Below, one piece after another: positions 49,367 through 62,007 of a stretch of 64,000 bases of DNA; the stretch's first letter is position 1, and every line of letters begins with the position of its first letter. The notes under the pieces are model-generated. The model was not told the origin of the DNA. It did no database searches and saw only the letters and a program-made list of their open reading frames with translations. Made by a program: the position numbers and the translations under genes. Source of the DNA: Spirochaetia bacterium (GTDB lineage Bacteria > Spirochaetota > Spirochaetia > WTKD01 > G963693115); the NCBI GenBank assembly GCA_965226055.1, contig CBDDCA010000002.1:81499-145498 (forward strand), written 5' to 3'.

Positions 49367-49525
49367 TTATACTTTCTGTCGCTGTTTAGAATTATCAGAT
49401 TTATTTTTTTCTTTCTGTTGCTTTTTATATTCCTCTAACTCCTTAGGATGAGTAGTAGCGACCATCTTTACCAATTCTTCAAAACTTACAGATAGAGGAA
49501 GAGGCGGCATTATATTTTCCTTCAT
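49367..49525 (-). CDS. 52-aa basic hypothetical protein following the IS1595 transposase fragment
   Basis: MKENIMPPLPLSVSFEELVKMVATTHPKELEEYKK...; starts 7 nt after the transposase stop. Confidence 0.5.
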   Translation of the reverse strand: MKENIMPPLPLSVSFEELVKMVATTHPKELEEYKKQQKEKNKSDNSKQRQKV

Positions 49526-49532
49526 ATACTTA

Positions 49533-49725
49533 TTATACCTTTTTTATATCTTGGAATGTTCTTATTTTGTCTAAGCCATGTTTATAAGTAAAAGTGATAA
49601 ATTGCTTTACGGGAGCCTTTGTCATATTGAGCCGAAAACTAAATTCATTGACATAGCGTTGTAAGCGCTTTTTACTTATACTATGGAATATCCCATACAC
49701 TCCTCTTTTCAATAACGCCCTGAAA
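49533..49725 (-). mobile_element. IS1595-family transposase C-terminal fragment
   Basis: ALLKRGVYGIFHSISKKRLQRYVNEFSFRLN is the typical IS1595 DDE C-terminal motif. Confidence 0.85.
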
Positions 49726-49927
49726 ATCCTTTTCAGGGTTCTGCTATGGCTAGCAAAAAAGCACGGTGGCCAAAAGACAGTACTGATAAAACAGTATGTC
49801 CTTAATCGTAGCATAGTATAGAAATAGATCTTATAGCAAGAAAGGAACTGCTTCTTTAGACATTCAAAAGAGAAAGCAACAGAAGTACTAAAAAATTTAT
49901 AAGGGTTTTTGTATTCTAGTATCTTCT

Positions 49928-49965
49928 AAAAAAAGAGCAAAGATATAAAAATATCTTTGCTCTTT
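49928..49965 (-). terminator. Intrinsic terminator after the DUF285 lipoprotein gene
   Basis: aaagagcaaagatat-aaaa-atatctttgctcttt 15-bp stem with a T-tract on the minus strand. Confidence 0.8.
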
Positions 49966-49988
49966 CCATTACTAAAAATAAAGTACAC

Positions 49989-52900
49989 CTAATACCAACT
50001 AGGAGTACCTCCAGCACCCTTAAACATGTTAGCCTTAGAAGTAACTGCTTTCACAGGAGTTTCCCAACTTCCTAATGTTTGATTAAATGCACTAGCATTT
50101 TCAAACATACTTGTAAAATTTGTTACTTTAGCAAGACCATTATTTTTACCCCAATTATCAATATCTTGATTAAATTTGCTTGCTTCTTCAAACATCTCAT
50201 CCATACGAATAACTTTACTTGTATCCCAATCAGCTATATCTTTATTAAAAACAGCTGCATCCTGAAACATCCGAAACATAGTAGTAACTTTACTTGTATC
50301 CCAGCCTCCTATATCTTGATTAAATGAACTTGCCTCATTAAACATATTATCCATAATAGTAACACCTGAAGTATCCCAACTACCAATATCCTTATTAAAT
50401 GCTTTTGTATTCTTAAACATCCCTGACATACTAACTACACTACTAGTATCCCAATTACCAATATCCTGATTAAAATTAGTGGCTCCCGAAAACATCTGAC
50501 CCATATTTTTTACTGCACTTACATTCCAATTACCTATATCTTGATTAAATGAACTTGCATCACTAAACATACTTAACATATTGGTAACCTTATTTACATT
50601 CCAATACGAAATATCCCCATTAAATTTTGTCAAACCTTTAAACACTGCTTTCATATCAGTAACATTACTTGTGTCCCATCCACTAATATCCCCATTAAAA
50701 TCTGTATGAGCAGAAAAGATACCATTAAACAAATCACCCATATCAGTAACTCCACTTACATCAATAACATTCAAATCTGCATTATTTCCTTGTGTAGTAA
50801 TTTCAGTATTTATAGCAGCTTTTAATTCATTAATAGTAGTAGGGCGATGTTTTACAACAGAAACAACCACTAAAACAGTATGTGATCTTTTATCATCAGT
50901 ATAAGTATGTATATTATTCTTACTTGAATCTTGACTTGTAAACTGTACTGTATATTTTTGTTTTACTTTCTTTGTAGGAGTGCCTGATATTTTTCCTGTT
51001 GCAGAATCAAAAGTAAGTCCTGTATCAGAAGCAAAAGTAGTAGGATTGATAGCAAAAGTACCTGTAATACTAGGACTTTTAGTAAAAGTAAGAGCAGTAA
51101 TAGAACTATTTTTTTCTGCAGAAACAAGAGTCCTATTAGGAGTAATACTAAAATACCAAGAAGGAAGTACTGTCATTGTTATCCCTTTGAATATATCCGT
51201 AGTATCCGTAGAACGCATAACACTCCAATTCTCAAGATTTTGATCAAACGCAGTAGCACCATTAAACATATTATGCATAGTAGTAACTTTCTTTACATCC
51301 CAACTTGATATATCTTGATTAAACTTTGTAGCACCTTTGAACATACGAGATATAGTAGTAGCATTTCCTGTTTTCCAATTTGATATGTCTTGATTAAACG
51401 CAGTAGCTCCTTCAAATATCTGGTTCATTCTAACACCGCTAGAAACATCCCAATTACTCACATCCTGATTAAAAGCAGAAGCATTTTGAAATACCCCTGT
51501 CATAAGAGATACTTTACTGGTATTCCATCCACTAACATCACCGTTAAAACTGGTAGCATCCCTAAACAGTAAAAACATATTAGTAACCTTACTGGTATCC
51601 CATTTAGACACATCACCATTAAAAGTAGCATTATCCTTAAACAACTCACTCATATCAGTAATTCTACTGGTATCTATCACATTAAGATTAGCAGTGTTTC
51701 CTTGTGCAGTAATCTCAGTAGCAATAGCAGTTTGTAATTCTGATTTATTAGCAGGCTTATGTTTATAATCACTCGAAACAGAAATAGTTATTGTTCTATC
51801 AGAATCAGTATACTCATGGATAACATTCCCATCAGCATCTTTACTAGTAAAGGTTATAGTATAAGAAGTACTGGTTGTTACATTAACAGCAGTACCTGAA
51901 ATAGTACCAGTAGTAGTATCAAAAGACAATCCTGTATTAGTTATATCTGGTGTAATACTAAAACTTCCTGCTATAGTAGGTTTTTTAGTCAGTAATACTC
52001 TCTCATTACTTACAAGAGGAAAGTGCATATACGCAGTAAGAGTAGTTTTGTTAGTAGTGACACTAAAATACCAAGTAGGAAGTGTTACTACCCCAGAATC
52101 ACTAAACATATCAATTTTTGCAACACTCTTTTTCACATTCCAAGTCTCAAGATTTTGATTAAATGCAGTAGCTCCCTTAAACATATTTGTCATAGCAGTA
52201 ACTTTACTTACGCTCCAACTTGAAATATCCTGATTAAAAGCAACCGCATCCTCAAACATACCTCTCATAACAGTAACATTTGCGGTGTTCCAGCTCCCTA
52301 TATTTTGATTAAAGTTTGTAGCACCCGCAAACATACTGCCCATAAAAGTAACAGAACCTATACTCCAATTCCCTATATTCTGATTAAATGCAGTAGCTTC
52401 ATTAAACATTTTTGACATAGCAGTAACTTCACTTGTATCCCAATTCCCTATATCCTGATTAAATGCAGTAGCTCCCTTAAACATTTTTAACATATCAGTA
52501 ACTTCACTTGTGTCCCAATTCCCTATATCTTGATTAAAAGCAACAGCATCCTCAAACATACTGCTCATAGTAGATACTGCACTTGTGTCCCAATTCCCTA
52601 TATCCTGATTAAATACACTTGCTCCTTTGAACATAGATTCCATAGTAATAAGAACATTAAATCCTGGAGTACTCCCTAAGTTCTCACCTATTTTCCAAGT
52701 GGTAATATCCCCATCAAACGCTACCGCATCAGTAAACATCTCATTAAATCGTGAAACTTTAGAGACATCCCAGTTACTTAAAGATTGATTAAAAGCAGAA
52801 GCACCACTAAACATTTTACTCATATTTTGGACATTCCCTGTTTTCCAACTCCCAATATTTTGATTAAAAGCAGTAGCTCCATAAAACATACTGCTCATAT

Positions 52901-55900
52901 TAGTTACTGCGCTCACATCCCAATTACGTATATCCCCATTAAATACAGTATTATTATGAAACATATTTTTCATAGAAGTAACCGCAGAAGTGTCCCATTG
53001 AGATATATCCCCATTAAAAGCATTCAGACCCGTAATAGATACAAACAAAAGATTCATATCAGTAATAGCACTTGTATCAATGCCATTTAAGTTTGCATTT
53101 AACACATTATTGCTACTATCTTTATCATTTGTTTTAGTTATTTCCTTGATTGCCTCAATCAATTTTAATCGTGTAGTAGGTTTATGACTATAATCAATAG
53201 TAATAGTAACTGTGTTACTTCTATCACTATCTACATAGGTATGAGCAGGCGAAGTACTCGAAAATTGTACTGTATAAGCCTTATTAGATACTATTTTATT
53301 CGGAGTTCCTGATATTTTCCCTGTTGCAGTATCAAACTGTAAACCCGTATCAGTAGTAAAAGTAGTAGGAGTTATCTTAAATGTACCAGCTATATCAGGT
53401 GATGTAGTAAAAGTAATTTCTTTTGATTTAGGCAATGTACTAAAAACAGTATGGGTAATACTATGAGTACTTGTAGTAATACTAAAATACCATGTAGGAA
53501 GTGTCACTACTTTCGTGTTAGCAAACATATCAGTTTTTGTGATACTACTACTGCCTAGATGATCTTTCCAATCTTCTAAATCTTGAGCAAACTTAGTAGC
53601 TCCCTTAAACATATTACTCATAACTGTAACACTATCAACAGCCCATCCTGAAATATCCTGATTGAATGCAGTAGCTCCTTCAAACATAGATGACATACCG
53701 ACAACATTACTCACATTCCATTGTGACAAATTACCATTAAACGCAGTAGTACCCTTAAACATACCTCGCATATCACGAACTGCAGAAGTGTCCCAACTTG
53801 AAACATCACCATTAAACCCAGATAATTTATGATCAGAAATAAATAAATTATTCATATCATCAACACCACTGGTATCAATACTATTTAAGTCTGCATCAAG
53901 AACATCATTACTATTATCATTGTCATTTGTTTTTGTAAGTTCTTGTACCGCCAATATGAGACTCCTTCGTGAAGTAGGAGTATGAGTATACCCACTTATA
54001 ATGGTAAGATAAAACTCTTTTGTAACTGTCTTAGTGCCAGTAAAAGTAAGCGTATATTTCTTTTTAGACAACACTTTAGTAATAGTACCTGATATTCCTC
54101 CTGTAGAGCTATCAAAGGTCATACCTGTATCAGTAGTTATATTAGGTGATATTTGATATGTACCTTTCATACTATATGTTTTTACTGCTTCATTTTCTAC
54201 TACAAACGTGGCAGATTTTGTTGTAAGTTTATTCAATACAAAAGGGCCATCAACAACAGTAATATCTTTACTTTTTTGATACACTACTGAAATATCATAT
54301 TTCCAAGAGGGTAAATTAGCACTGGTTATCTTAGTAGCATTCTTAAATATATCAGTAGTAACAATAGCTTTATCACCAAAATGATCCTTCCAATCTTCTA
54401 AGTCTACAGAAAATGCCACTGCATCCAAAAACATACGTGACACATTCTCTACTCTATCTACCGCCCAAGTCGATATATTTTGATTAAATGCATCCGCACT
54501 CTCAAACAGAGACTGCATATAACGAGCATTACTTACATTCCATGAGGATATATCTTGATTAAAACTACCTGCTCCCTTAAACATACTACTAAAATTAGTT
54601 ACTTTTCCTACTTTCCAACTTGATATATCGCCATTAAACTTTGTTGCGCCTGAGAACATAGCTGACATATCAGTGACATTGCTTACATCCCAATTTGATA
54701 TATCACCATTAAAATTACTAAAAAGGCTATCTGAAAAAAGATCGCTCATATCCGTAATATTACTGGTATCAATACCAGTTAAATCAGGATCGTTTACATC
54801 AGCATTGCCATCACCATCAGTATCTACCAATGATCGTATCAATTTCAACAATCCTGATTTTGATTTAGGAGCAGTAGTGGAATCTATGAGAGTAATTGAA
54901 AATTTTACAACTCTGTTTCTATTAGCAGAATTATTAAAATCACCTGTACCTGTAAAAGTAGCAGTAATCTCTACTGCACCAGAAGTTACTGATTTTGTAG
55001 CTCCTTTTTGTGCTGATATTGTTCCTGTAGCATCATCAAATGTTATTCCTACAGGCAAAGTACTTTTACTAGAATCTATTGTGTAAGTACCAGTAATAAA
55101 CGAAGGATATTTTTTTATAGCTACACTAAATGCTTCTCCTACTAGCTTTGTGATAACAGTAGTACCAAAAGAAACAGTACCTGTGTACCATCCTGGCAAA
55201 GATTGTTTGTTAGCACATACTTGAGTAACAGTAGAATCTAAACAAGATCCAGCAAACATAGTTTCTTTATCTGTTTTTTCCATTTCTAATAGTTTCTTTA
55301 CAGAATTGAGAGACATATCCCACGTATCTAAAGACTGATTGAAACTTTTAGCATTTTTGAACATATTCTTAAACGCTACTGACTGTACTTTTTTTACATT
55401 CCATTTAGAAATATTCTGATTAAATATACTCGCCCCTTCAAACATACTCGTCATATCAGTGACTTTTTCTGTCTTCCAGTTTGATATATCGCTATTAAAC
55501 TTTGCTGCACTCTTAAACATAGAAGACATATCAGTGACTTTCTCTGTCTTCCACTTTGATATATCGCTATTAAACTTTGCTGCACTCTTAAACATAGAGG
55601 ACATATCAGTGACTTTCTCTGTTTTCCAGTTTGATATATCGCTATTAAAATTTGTTGCACTCGTAAACATAGAAGACATATCAGTGACTTTCTCTGTATT
55701 CCACTTTGATATATCACCATTAAACTTTGTTGCTCCTTCAAACATACCTGACATATCAGTAACTTTACTGGTATTCCACTTTGATATATCATAATCGGAA
55801 TTAGGATATTTCTTAAATAAATCACTCATATCAGTAATGTTACTTGTATCTATATCATTAAGATTTACTTTCTCTTTTGAATTCTTAAACCTACTAGCAA

Positions 55901-56063
55901 GTAAGCTGTCTAACTCCGATCGTGTAGAAGGGACAGTATTAACACTAGGCAGTACAGTGTTTTCATCATTGCTTGACGGAATATCTTCTGCACAACTAAA
56001 TACTAACAATGTAGTAAACATAACTAAAAAATAAAACATAAAATATGAATTTTTTGTTTTCAT
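49989..56063 (-). CDS. 2024-aa surface lipoprotein: six DUF285 (BspA-like) repeat blocks alternating with five He_PIG/Ig-like domains
   Basis: Lipobox LVFSC; 25-aa repeats FN.DIS.W.TS.VTDM..MF; spacer motif G(L/I/M).FD..TG.IS occurs five times; AGGAG RBS. Confidence 0.92.
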   Translation of the reverse strand: MKTKNSYFMFYFLVMFTTLLVFSCAEDIPSSNDENTVLPSVNTVPSTRSELDSLLASRFKNSKEKVNLNDIDTSNITDMSDLFKKYPNSDYDISKWNTSKVTDMSGMFEGATKFNGDISKWNTEKVTDMSSMFTSATNFNSDISNWKTEKVTDMSSMFKSAAKFNSDISKWKTEKVTDMSSMFKSAAKFNSDISNWKTEKVTDMTSMFEGASIFNQNISKWNVKKVQSVAFKNMFKNAKSFNQSLDTWDMSLNSVKKLLEMEKTDKETMFAGSCLDSTVTQVCANKQSLPGWYTGTVSFGTTVITKLVGEAFSVAIKKYPSFITGTYTIDSSKSTLPVGITFDDATGTISAQKGATKSVTSGAVEITATFTGTGDFNNSANRNRVVKFSITLIDSTTAPKSKSGLLKLIRSLVDTDGDGNADVNDPDLTGIDTSNITDMSDLFSDSLFSNFNGDISNWDVSNVTDMSAMFSGATKFNGDISSWKVGKVTNFSSMFKGAGSFNQDISSWNVSNARYMQSLFESADAFNQNISTWAVDRVENVSRMFLDAVAFSVDLEDWKDHFGDKAIVTTDIFKNATKITSANLPSWKYDISVVYQKSKDITVVDGPFVLNKLTTKSATFVVENEAVKTYSMKGTYQISPNITTDTGMTFDSSTGGISGTITKVLSKKKYTLTFTGTKTVTKEFYLTIISGYTHTPTSRRSLILAVQELTKTNDNDNSNDVLDADLNSIDTSGVDDMNNLFISDHKLSGFNGDVSSWDTSAVRDMRGMFKGTTAFNGNLSQWNVSNVVGMSSMFEGATAFNQDISGWAVDSVTVMSNMFKGATKFAQDLEDWKDHLGSSSITKTDMFANTKVVTLPTWYFSITTSTHSITHTVFSTLPKSKEITFTTSPDIAGTFKITPTTFTTDTGLQFDTATGKISGTPNKIVSNKAYTVQFSSTSPAHTYVDSDRSNTVTITIDYSHKPTTRLKLIEAIKEITKTNDKDSSNNVLNANLNGIDTSAITDMNLLFVSITGLNAFNGDISQWDTSAVTSMKNMFHNNTVFNGDIRNWDVSAVTNMSSMFYGATAFNQNIGSWKTGNVQNMSKMFSGASAFNQSLSNWDVSKVSRFNEMFTDAVAFDGDITTWKIGENLGSTPGFNVLITMESMFKGASVFNQDIGNWDTSAVSTMSSMFEDAVAFNQDIGNWDTSEVTDMLKMFKGATAFNQDIGNWDTSEVTAMSKMFNEATAFNQNIGNWSIGSVTFMGSMFAGATNFNQNIGSWNTANVTVMRGMFEDAVAFNQDISSWSVSKVTAMTNMFKGATAFNQNLETWNVKKSVAKIDMFSDSGVVTLPTWYFSVTTNKTTLTAYMHFPLVSNERVLLTKKPTIAGSFSITPDITNTGLSFDTTTGTISGTAVNVTTSTSYTITFTSKDADGNVIHEYTDSDRTITISVSSDYKHKPANKSELQTAIATEITAQGNTANLNVIDTSRITDMSELFKDNATFNGDVSKWDTSKVTNMFLLFRDATSFNGDVSGWNTSKVSLMTGVFQNASAFNQDVSNWDVSSGVRMNQIFEGATAFNQDISNWKTGNATTISRMFKGATKFNQDISSWDVKKVTTMHNMFNGATAFDQNLENWSVMRSTDTTDIFKGITMTVLPSWYFSITPNRTLVSAEKNSSITALTFTKSPSITGTFAINPTTFASDTGLTFDSATGKISGTPTKKVKQKYTVQFTSQDSSKNNIHTYTDDKRSHTVLVVVSVVKHRPTTINELKAAINTEITTQGNNADLNVIDVSGVTDMGDLFNGIFSAHTDFNGDISGWDTSNVTDMKAVFKGLTKFNGDISYWNVNKVTNMLSMFSDASSFNQDIGNWNVSAVKNMGQMFSGATNFNQDIGNWDTSSVVSMSGMFKNTKAFNKDIGSWDTSGVTIMDNMFNEASSFNQDIGGWDTSKVTTMFRMFQDAAVFNKDIADWDTSKVIRMDEMFEEASKFNQDIDNWGKNNGLAKVTNFTSMFENASAFNQTLGSWETPVKAVTSKANMFKGAGGTPSWY
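55452..55790. repeat. Near-identical 75-bp tandem repeats encoding DUF285 units
   Basis: catatcagt(g/a)acttt...tttgatatatc recurs at 75-nt spacing about 4.5 times. Confidence 0.85.
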
Positions 56064-56441
56064 ATAAAAGCTCCTTATGTATAAAAATAAAATGTATATT
56101 GTATAAAAGAAAGATTCACTTCCAAATATACAATAATGTATGAGAATAATTACAAAAAAATAATTAAATTATACAAATAATATTATAGCCAAATTCAAAC
56201 AGTTTTCAATAGTTAATTTAAAAAATTTTTATTCAAGCATTTATTATAATAAAAAATATGTAACGAAAAGCTGAAAATGTCACTGATAAGCATAATAAGA
56301 ATGAGCATTGAGAGATACCAAGCCACTTACAAGAGTAGGAGCAGAAACAGAGAAGGAAAACTGATGTTTGAGTACAGCTTTCCGATACATCCCGTGCTTA
56401 ACATACTTGATTTTTATTTTAAAAAAGCATATAATAAACAT

Positions 56442-56978
56442 ATGTCTAAGAGCATGCGGTTAAGTAAAAATTCAGCGTTATATTTTCGTTGGGATCAATC
56501 TAATTATATTTATCTTATTAGTGAAGGTACCGTTCTTTTATCAAGCGAACTCAATAATTCTAAAATACAACAAAAACATCAGAAAGGTGAATTTGTAGGG
56601 CTATACGCAGCATTAGGGAATTTTCCTTATCAAGAAGATGCTATTACCGAAACTGATGTAGAGGTCATGCTGTTTACTGTGGAAGAATTTGAAAAACTTA
56701 TATCAACAAAATCGAGTTTATCATTGCAGTTACTACAGCTCCTGTCAAAAGAGCTACGAAAATCTCATAAGCAAGCAAAAGAAATTCTTACAGAAAAAAA
56801 AGGAAAAGTAAATGAAGTAGAAGGATTACTGTCTTATGCACAGGTATATACGCGTAATTATGAGTATGCGAAAGCGAAACATGTTATCGATACTTTTTTA
56901 AGGATGTACCCTAATCATTCTGAGGCAATGGCAAAGGAAATTGAAGATATGAAAAATAAAATTGAGGCGGCAGTATAA
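56442..56978 (+). CDS. Cyclic-nucleotide-binding domain protein with a TPR-like C-terminus
   Basis: YIYLISEGTV, GEFVG, AITETDVEV; start 56442 chosen because TTGATT-N17-TATAAT lies at 56407-56435. Confidence 0.8.
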   Translation: MSKSMRLSKNSALYFRWDQSNYIYLISEGTVLLSSELNNSKIQQKHQKGEFVGLYAALGNFPYQEDAITETDVEVMLFTVEEFEKLISTKSSLSLQLLQLLSKELRKSHKQAKEILTEKKGKVNEVEGLLSYAQVYTRNYEYAKAKHVIDTFLRMYPNHSEAMAKEIEDMKNKIEAAV

Positions 56979-56997
56979 AGAGAATATAGGGATAGTT

Positions 56998-57630
56998 ATG
57001 GCAGACAAAATAGATAGATTTGAAGAACAATACAGTGATGGCTCAATAATATTTTGTGAATTTGAACCTGGCGATTCATTTTATTATATTAAATCTGGAA
57101 GTGTAAAATTAGTAAAAGTTATTGAAAAAAAAGAATCTATTATAGATATACTGAAGCCTGGAACTTTTGTTGGTGAAATGTCCGTGATAGAATCTAATCC
57201 TCGTTCTGCTACCGCTATTGCTGTAGGAGAACTTTCCTTGATAAAATTTCCTGCTGAAAATTTTCAAGAAATTATTTTACAGAACTCTCATTTTTTAATT
57301 CGTTTGATAAAAACATTTGCAAACAGAATATTTATCCAGCAGCAAAGAATAAAAATTTTCTCATATAAAGCTCCTATAGTGCGTATTCTAGCGTTCTTAA
57401 ACTCATTAAAAGTACCTGGAAAAACAAACGAAGGAAAGTCGTGCTTTATAATCAATTCAAGTTCTGCTGATGTATCTAAATGGGTAGGTTTATCTGTTGA
57501 AGAGTGTAATACAGTACTGAAAGGACTTGTACAGCGAAAAGTTATCAATGTATTAAAAGATAGTATCATTATTTATGATGATGCACTGATAAAAAGAGAA
57601 TTTTCTTTGTATTCATCAGGTGATAAGTAG
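56998..57630 (+). CDS. Crp/Fnr-family regulator
   Basis: IFCEFEPGDSFYYIKSGSVK, GEMS, PRSATA and a C-terminal HTH-like segment. Confidence 0.88.
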   Translation: MADKIDRFEEQYSDGSIIFCEFEPGDSFYYIKSGSVKLVKVIEKKESIIDILKPGTFVGEMSVIESNPRSATAIAVGELSLIKFPAENFQEIILQNSHFLIRLIKTFANRIFIQQQRIKIFSYKAPIVRILAFLNSLKVPGKTNEGKSCFIINSSSADVSKWVGLSVEECNTVLKGLVQRKVINVLKDSIIIYDDALIKREFSLYSSGDK

Positions 57631-57929
57631 CCATAATGACATAGGAGTATAGCTCATAGAGGCTCCTCAATGATTTTTTTAAATTATTAGGATGTTGCCT
57701 ATACGTTTTTTTATATTTTTGTTTTCTTTTCGTATTTTTACATTGAGGTATTTTGTGGTACTTCTGTTCGGCTTCTAAATTGAATTTCCAACTTCAATGG
57801 AAAGCATACTTTGATACTTGTTATTCATAAAAAGATAATTTGTAAGTTGAAATTCTAGTAAATTTTGGGTATTTTTTTGCTCCTTTGTCGCATTTAGTCC
57901 TTGAAACCGCAATTTTTGTTACACAAACA

Positions 57930-57958
57930 TTGCACAATTTTTTATATAATTGTATAAT
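57930..57958 (+). promoter_or_regulatory. Candidate sigma70 promoter of grpE-dnaK-dnaJ
   Basis: TTGCAC-N17-TATAAT. Confidence 0.55.
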
Positions 57959-58042
57959 AAGATAAACACAGAAATATAAAAATGATATGAAAAAAATTAA
58001 TATAGTATCTCCATTCTATAAAGAAAAACAAAGGGAGGGTTT

Positions 58043-58789
58043 ATGAAGCATGTTTCACCGCAAAAATCTTCTGATAATCATGTAGGAGATGAAAATACAC
58101 ACAATAACAGTACACACTCTAAAAATAAAGCAACAAATAAAGAAAATACAGTACATGTTGCCAGAGATGCTGATGCCACTAAAACAACAAAAACAAAAGA
58201 GGTACATAAAGATACTACCGCTACTGTGAGTGATATTCCAAACACTCCTGATATTAAAGAAGAAACAGCACATGAAATACAGCAAAAAGAATCTGTCTTA
58301 GATAAAGCAGATGAAAACGCTCGCTTAAAAGAAGAGTTACTTCGTCTTCATGCTGATATGGAGAACACAAAGAAGCGATTAACACGTCTTTTTGAAGATA
58401 GAGTAAGAGATAAAACGGTAGCTATTTTAATGGATATTATTGAGCATATTGATAATTTTGAACGTGCATTTGATTCGCATAAACAAATGATAAGTAGTAG
58501 TGATAACAATGAAGTAAAGAAAGGCACAGATACAAACGCTATTTTTGATGGGTTTGGAATGATAAAAAATCATTTAGTGTCCACTTTAAAAAATAATTGG
58601 GGACTTAATACCATAGATGCATTACATAAAGAATTTAACCCCGATGAGCATGAAGCTGTTATGCAAGAAAATTCCGAAAAAATAGACCATCCTACAGTGG
58701 TGCAAGAGTTTATGAAAGGTTACACATATTTAGGTAAGGTTATCCGACCCGCTAAGGTCAAAGTTGCATTGCCAAAAGATAATAAATAA
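58043..58789 (+). CDS. grpE: Nucleotide exchange factor GrpE
   Basis: RLHADMENTKKR, DNFERA, FNPDEHEA, KGY...KVIRPAKVKV. Confidence 0.95.
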   Translation: MKHVSPQKSSDNHVGDENTHNNSTHSKNKATNKENTVHVARDADATKTTKTKEVHKDTTATVSDIPNTPDIKEETAHEIQQKESVLDKADENARLKEELLRLHADMENTKKRLTRLFEDRVRDKTVAILMDIIEHIDNFERAFDSHKQMISSSDNNEVKKGTDTNAIFDGFGMIKNHLVSTLKNNWGLNTIDALHKEFNPDEHEAVMQENSEKIDHPTVVQEFMKGYTYLGKVIRPAKVKVALPKDNK

Positions 58790-58824
58790 AAAAAATAAAA
58801 TAATAAGTAAAAAGGAGAGAGAAA

Positions 58825-60747
58825 ATGGGAAAGATAATAGGGATTGATTTAGGTACTACAAATAGTTGTGTTGCAGTAATAGAAGGAGGAGATCCTATTG
58901 TAATACAAAATTCAGAAGGACAGCGAACTACGCCTTCTATTGTTTCTTTTGCAAAAAAAGGAGATACACTTGAACGTTCTGTTGGGCAATCAGCAAAAAA
59001 TCAATTAGTTACAAACCCTGAAAAAACAATATATTCTATTAAACGTTTTATGGGTAGGAGCTTTGATGAAGTTTCTGAAGAAATGAAGCGTATTTCATAC
59101 AAGATAGCAAAAGATAAAAATGGTGTGATTATTGAATGTGATGATAAACGCTATACTCCCCCTGAAATTTCTTCTGCCATTTTGCAAAAAATGAAAAAAA
59201 CAGCAGAAGATTATCTTGGAGAAACAGTAACAGAAGCAGTTATTACTGTACCAGCATATTTTAATGATGCTCAGAGACAAGCAACAAAAGATGCAGGTAA
59301 AATTGCTGGGCTAGATGTAAAGCGAATAGTAAATGAACCAACAGCGGCAGCCTTAGCGTATGGCTTAGATAAAAAATCAAATGATGAGAAAATAGCCGTA
59401 TACGACTTAGGAGGAGGAACTTTTGATATATCTATCCTTGAACTAGGGGATGGCGTATTTGAAGTATGCTCTACAAATGGGGATACCCATCTTGGAGGAG
59501 ATAATTTTGATGATGCAGTAGTAAGCTGGCTTATTGCTGAATTTAAGTCTCAATCTGCGATAGATCTCAGTCAGGATAAAATAGCCTTACAGCGTCTTCG
59601 TGAAGCTGCAGAAAAAGCAAAACAAGAGCTTTCAAGCACTCAATCGGTAGATATTAATTTGCCGTTTATTACTGCTGATGCAAATGGGCCAAAGCACTTA
59701 CAGCTAACGCTCAGTCGTGCAAAGTTTGAACAGCTGATTATAGATTTAGTAGAAAAATCAAAACAGCCTTGTATTCAAGCGCTAAAAGATGCAGGGCTAA
59801 ATGCAAATGATATAAATGAAGTAATATTAGTAGGAGGTTCGACACGTATACCGCTTGTTCAAAAAGCAGTAGAAGAAGTATTTCAAAAGAAATCTAACAA
59901 AAGTGTAAATCCTGATGAAGTTGTTGCTATGGGAGCTGCTATACAAGGAGGCATTTTAGCAGGAGATGTAAAAGATGTGTTGTTACTTGATGTTACCCCT
60001 TTGTCTTTAGGGATAGAAACATTAGGTGGAGCATTTACTAAGCTCATTGAAAGAAATACTACTATTCCTACAAAAAAATCTCAAATATTTTCTACTGCTG
60101 CAGATAATCAAACAGCAGTTACAGTACATGTATTACAAGGAGAAAGACAAGTAGCATCGCATAATAGAACCTTAGGGCGATTTGAGCTTGTTGGTATAGC
60201 TCCTGCACCACGAGGAGTACCACAGATAGAAGTTACTTTTGATATTGATGCAAATGGTATTGTACATGTATCTGCAAAGGATCTTGGAACAGGCAAAGAA
60301 CAAAAAATTCGTATTGAAACTTCTTCTGGTTTATCGGATGATGAAATAGAAAAAATGGTAAAAGATGCAGAAACACATGCTGAAGAGGATAAAAAACAAA
60401 AAGAAGCCATTGAAGTAATAAATAATGCTGAGCAGCTTCTTTATTCTACTGAGAAATCTTTGAAAGATTTTGGCAATAAAATAGGAGCTGATGATAAGCA
60501 GAAAATAGAAGTAGCACTGGAAGATCTAAAAAAAGCATTAGAAAATAAAGATAACAGTGATGAAATTAAAGAAAAAACAGAAGCCTTAGCAAAAGTATCT
60601 CATGTTCTTGCAGAAAAAATGTATCAAGATGCACAAGGACAACAGCAAGCATCAGGAGCATCAGATACCACAAATGCTAATACTACTACTGATGCAAATG
60701 GCAAGAATGCTGATTATGAAGTGGTTGATGAAGAAGAAAGTAAATAA
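58825..60747 (+). CDS. dnaK: Chaperone DnaK
   Basis: [40 protein letters not shown]. Confidence 0.99.
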   Translation: MGKIIGIDLGTTNSCVAVIEGGDPIVIQNSEGQRTTPSIVSFAKKGDTLERSVGQSAKNQLVTNPEKTIYSIKRFMGRSFDEVSEEMKRISYKIAKDKNGVIIECDDKRYTPPEISSAILQKMKKTAEDYLGETVTEAVITVPAYFNDAQRQATKDAGKIAGLDVKRIVNEPTAAALAYGLDKKSNDEKIAVYDLGGGTFDISILELGDGVFEVCSTNGDTHLGGDNFDDAVVSWLIAEFKSQSAIDLSQDKIALQRLREAAEKAKQELSSTQSVDINLPFITADANGPKHLQLTLSRAKFEQLIIDLVEKSKQPCIQALKDAGLNANDINEVILVGGSTRIPLVQKAVEEVFQKKSNKSVNPDEVVAMGAAIQGGILAGDVKDVLLLDVTPLSLGIETLGGAFTKLIERNTTIPTKKSQIFSTAADNQTAVTVHVLQGERQVASHNRTLGRFELVGIAPAPRGVPQIEVTFDIDANGIVHVSAKDLGTGKEQKIRIETSSGLSDDEIEKMVKDAETHAEEDKKQKEAIEVINNAEQLLYSTEKSLKDFGNKIGADDKQKIEVALEDLKKALENKDNSDEIKEKTEALAKVSHVLAEKMYQDAQGQQQASGASDTTNANTTTDANGKNADYEVVDEEESK

Positions 60748-60801
60748 AGGTTTTTGTAATTTCATAATAGATTATGTAAATGAATAGTATGTGGGGGGAT
60801 C

Positions 60802-61935
60802 ATGTCTCAAAAAAGAGATTACTATGAAGTATTAGGAGTCGATCGTGATGCTTCAGAATCAGATATTAAGAAAGCATATAGGAAGCTGGCTATTAAATAT
60901 CATCCTGATAAAAATCAGGGAAATGCGGAAGCCGAAGCAGCTTTTAAGGAAGCAACAGAAGCCTATGAAATTCTCTCAGATCAAGAGAAAAGAAGCATTT
61001 ATAATCAATACGGACACGAAGGAGTAAATGCATCTTTTCAGGGTGGAGAGCATGATTTTTCAAGCATTTTTCGGGAATTTGGTGATATATTTTCAGGAAG
61101 TAGCTTTGAAAGTATTTTTGGTAACTTTGGGGGATTTGGGAGCTTTTTTTCGGGAGGACGGAGATCATCTCGCTCTTCGCAAAGCCAGCTTGATATTCAT
61201 TTTATTCTTGAATTACATTTAGAAGACTCTATACGCGGTGTGGAGAAAAAGATAGCATATGAACGTAGCGTATCATGTTCTCAATGTAAAGGGACAGGAG
61301 CGGACGGAAATCCAGAGTATCAACAATGTCCTGCTTGTAGAGGACGAGGTACTACACAAAGTTCCTTAGGATCTTTTTTCTCTTTTAGCTCAGTATGTAC
61401 TCAATGTAATGGAGAAGGGAAAATATTAAAAAATCCATGTTCTTCTTGTCGAGGGAAAAAATTAGTGACAAAGAAGACTACTGTAAAAATACGTATTCCA
61501 AAAGGAGTAGCAGAAAATCATACTTTACAAATGGATGATCTAGGGCATGAAAGGCAAGGGAGAACAGGCAAAATACTCATGACAATAAAGATTGTTCCTC
61601 ATAGTTATTATGTTCGTGATCATAATAATTTGATTGTTCAAGTTCCTATTGATTTTATCACTGCTACACTAGGAGGAGAAGTATATCTTGATTGTATTAC
61701 TGGAAAAAAAGTGACAATCACTGTTCCTGCAGGAACAAAGGATAAGTCACATATTACGCTTTCGAGACAAGGAGTAGAACCAGAGTCAGGGTATACAGGA
61801 GATTTAATAGTAGTATTTCGTATTATGCCACTAAAAAAAGTCAACAAAAAAGCTATTGAGTTGTTAAAAGAGGTAAAAAATGAGCTTTCTTTAAGCTCTG
61901 ATACCGTAAAGCCATTGCATAGAAATGATGACTAA
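60802..61935 (+). CDS. dnaJ: Chaperone DnaJ
   Basis: J domain with HPD, G/F region, four CxxCxGx(G/K) repeats. Confidence 0.97.
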   Translation: MSQKRDYYEVLGVDRDASESDIKKAYRKLAIKYHPDKNQGNAEAEAAFKEATEAYEILSDQEKRSIYNQYGHEGVNASFQGGEHDFSSIFREFGDIFSGSSFESIFGNFGGFGSFFSGGRRSSRSSQSQLDIHFILELHLEDSIRGVEKKIAYERSVSCSQCKGTGADGNPEYQQCPACRGRGTTQSSLGSFFSFSSVCTQCNGEGKILKNPCSSCRGKKLVTKKTTVKIRIPKGVAENHTLQMDDLGHERQGRTGKILMTIKIVPHSYYVRDHNNLIVQVPIDFITATLGGEVYLDCITGKKVTITVPAGTKDKSHITLSRQGVEPESGYTGDLIVVFRIMPLKKVNKKAIELLKEVKNELSLSSDTVKPLHRNDD

Positions 61936-62007
61936 TAGTATACATGATATGTATACATAGTATGTAAAATAGCTTTTTATATTGCGTAATAGGGCGAAAT
62001 TAAGAAT

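Noticed and set aside
55452-55790. Regularly spaced repeats that could suggest a CRISPR array
   Set aside because: The 75-bp units are in-frame coding repeats with no unique spacers, and no cas genes are present.
56277-56441. 55-aa N-terminal extension of the cNMP-binding protein given by the ORF track
   Set aside because: A good promoter lies inside it and the domain starts at Met 56442.
57631-58042. CIRCE element or hrcA upstream of grpE-dnaK-dnaJ
   Set aside because: No TTAGCACTC-N9-GAGTGCTAA and no hrcA ORF; only broken short minus-strand frames.
938-61847. Numerous 60-200 aa ORFs antisense or out of frame within known genes (for example 30600-31223, 44101-44601, 55451-55825)
   Set aside because: Shadow ORFs of long coding sequences or repeats, with no RBS or recognisable motifs.
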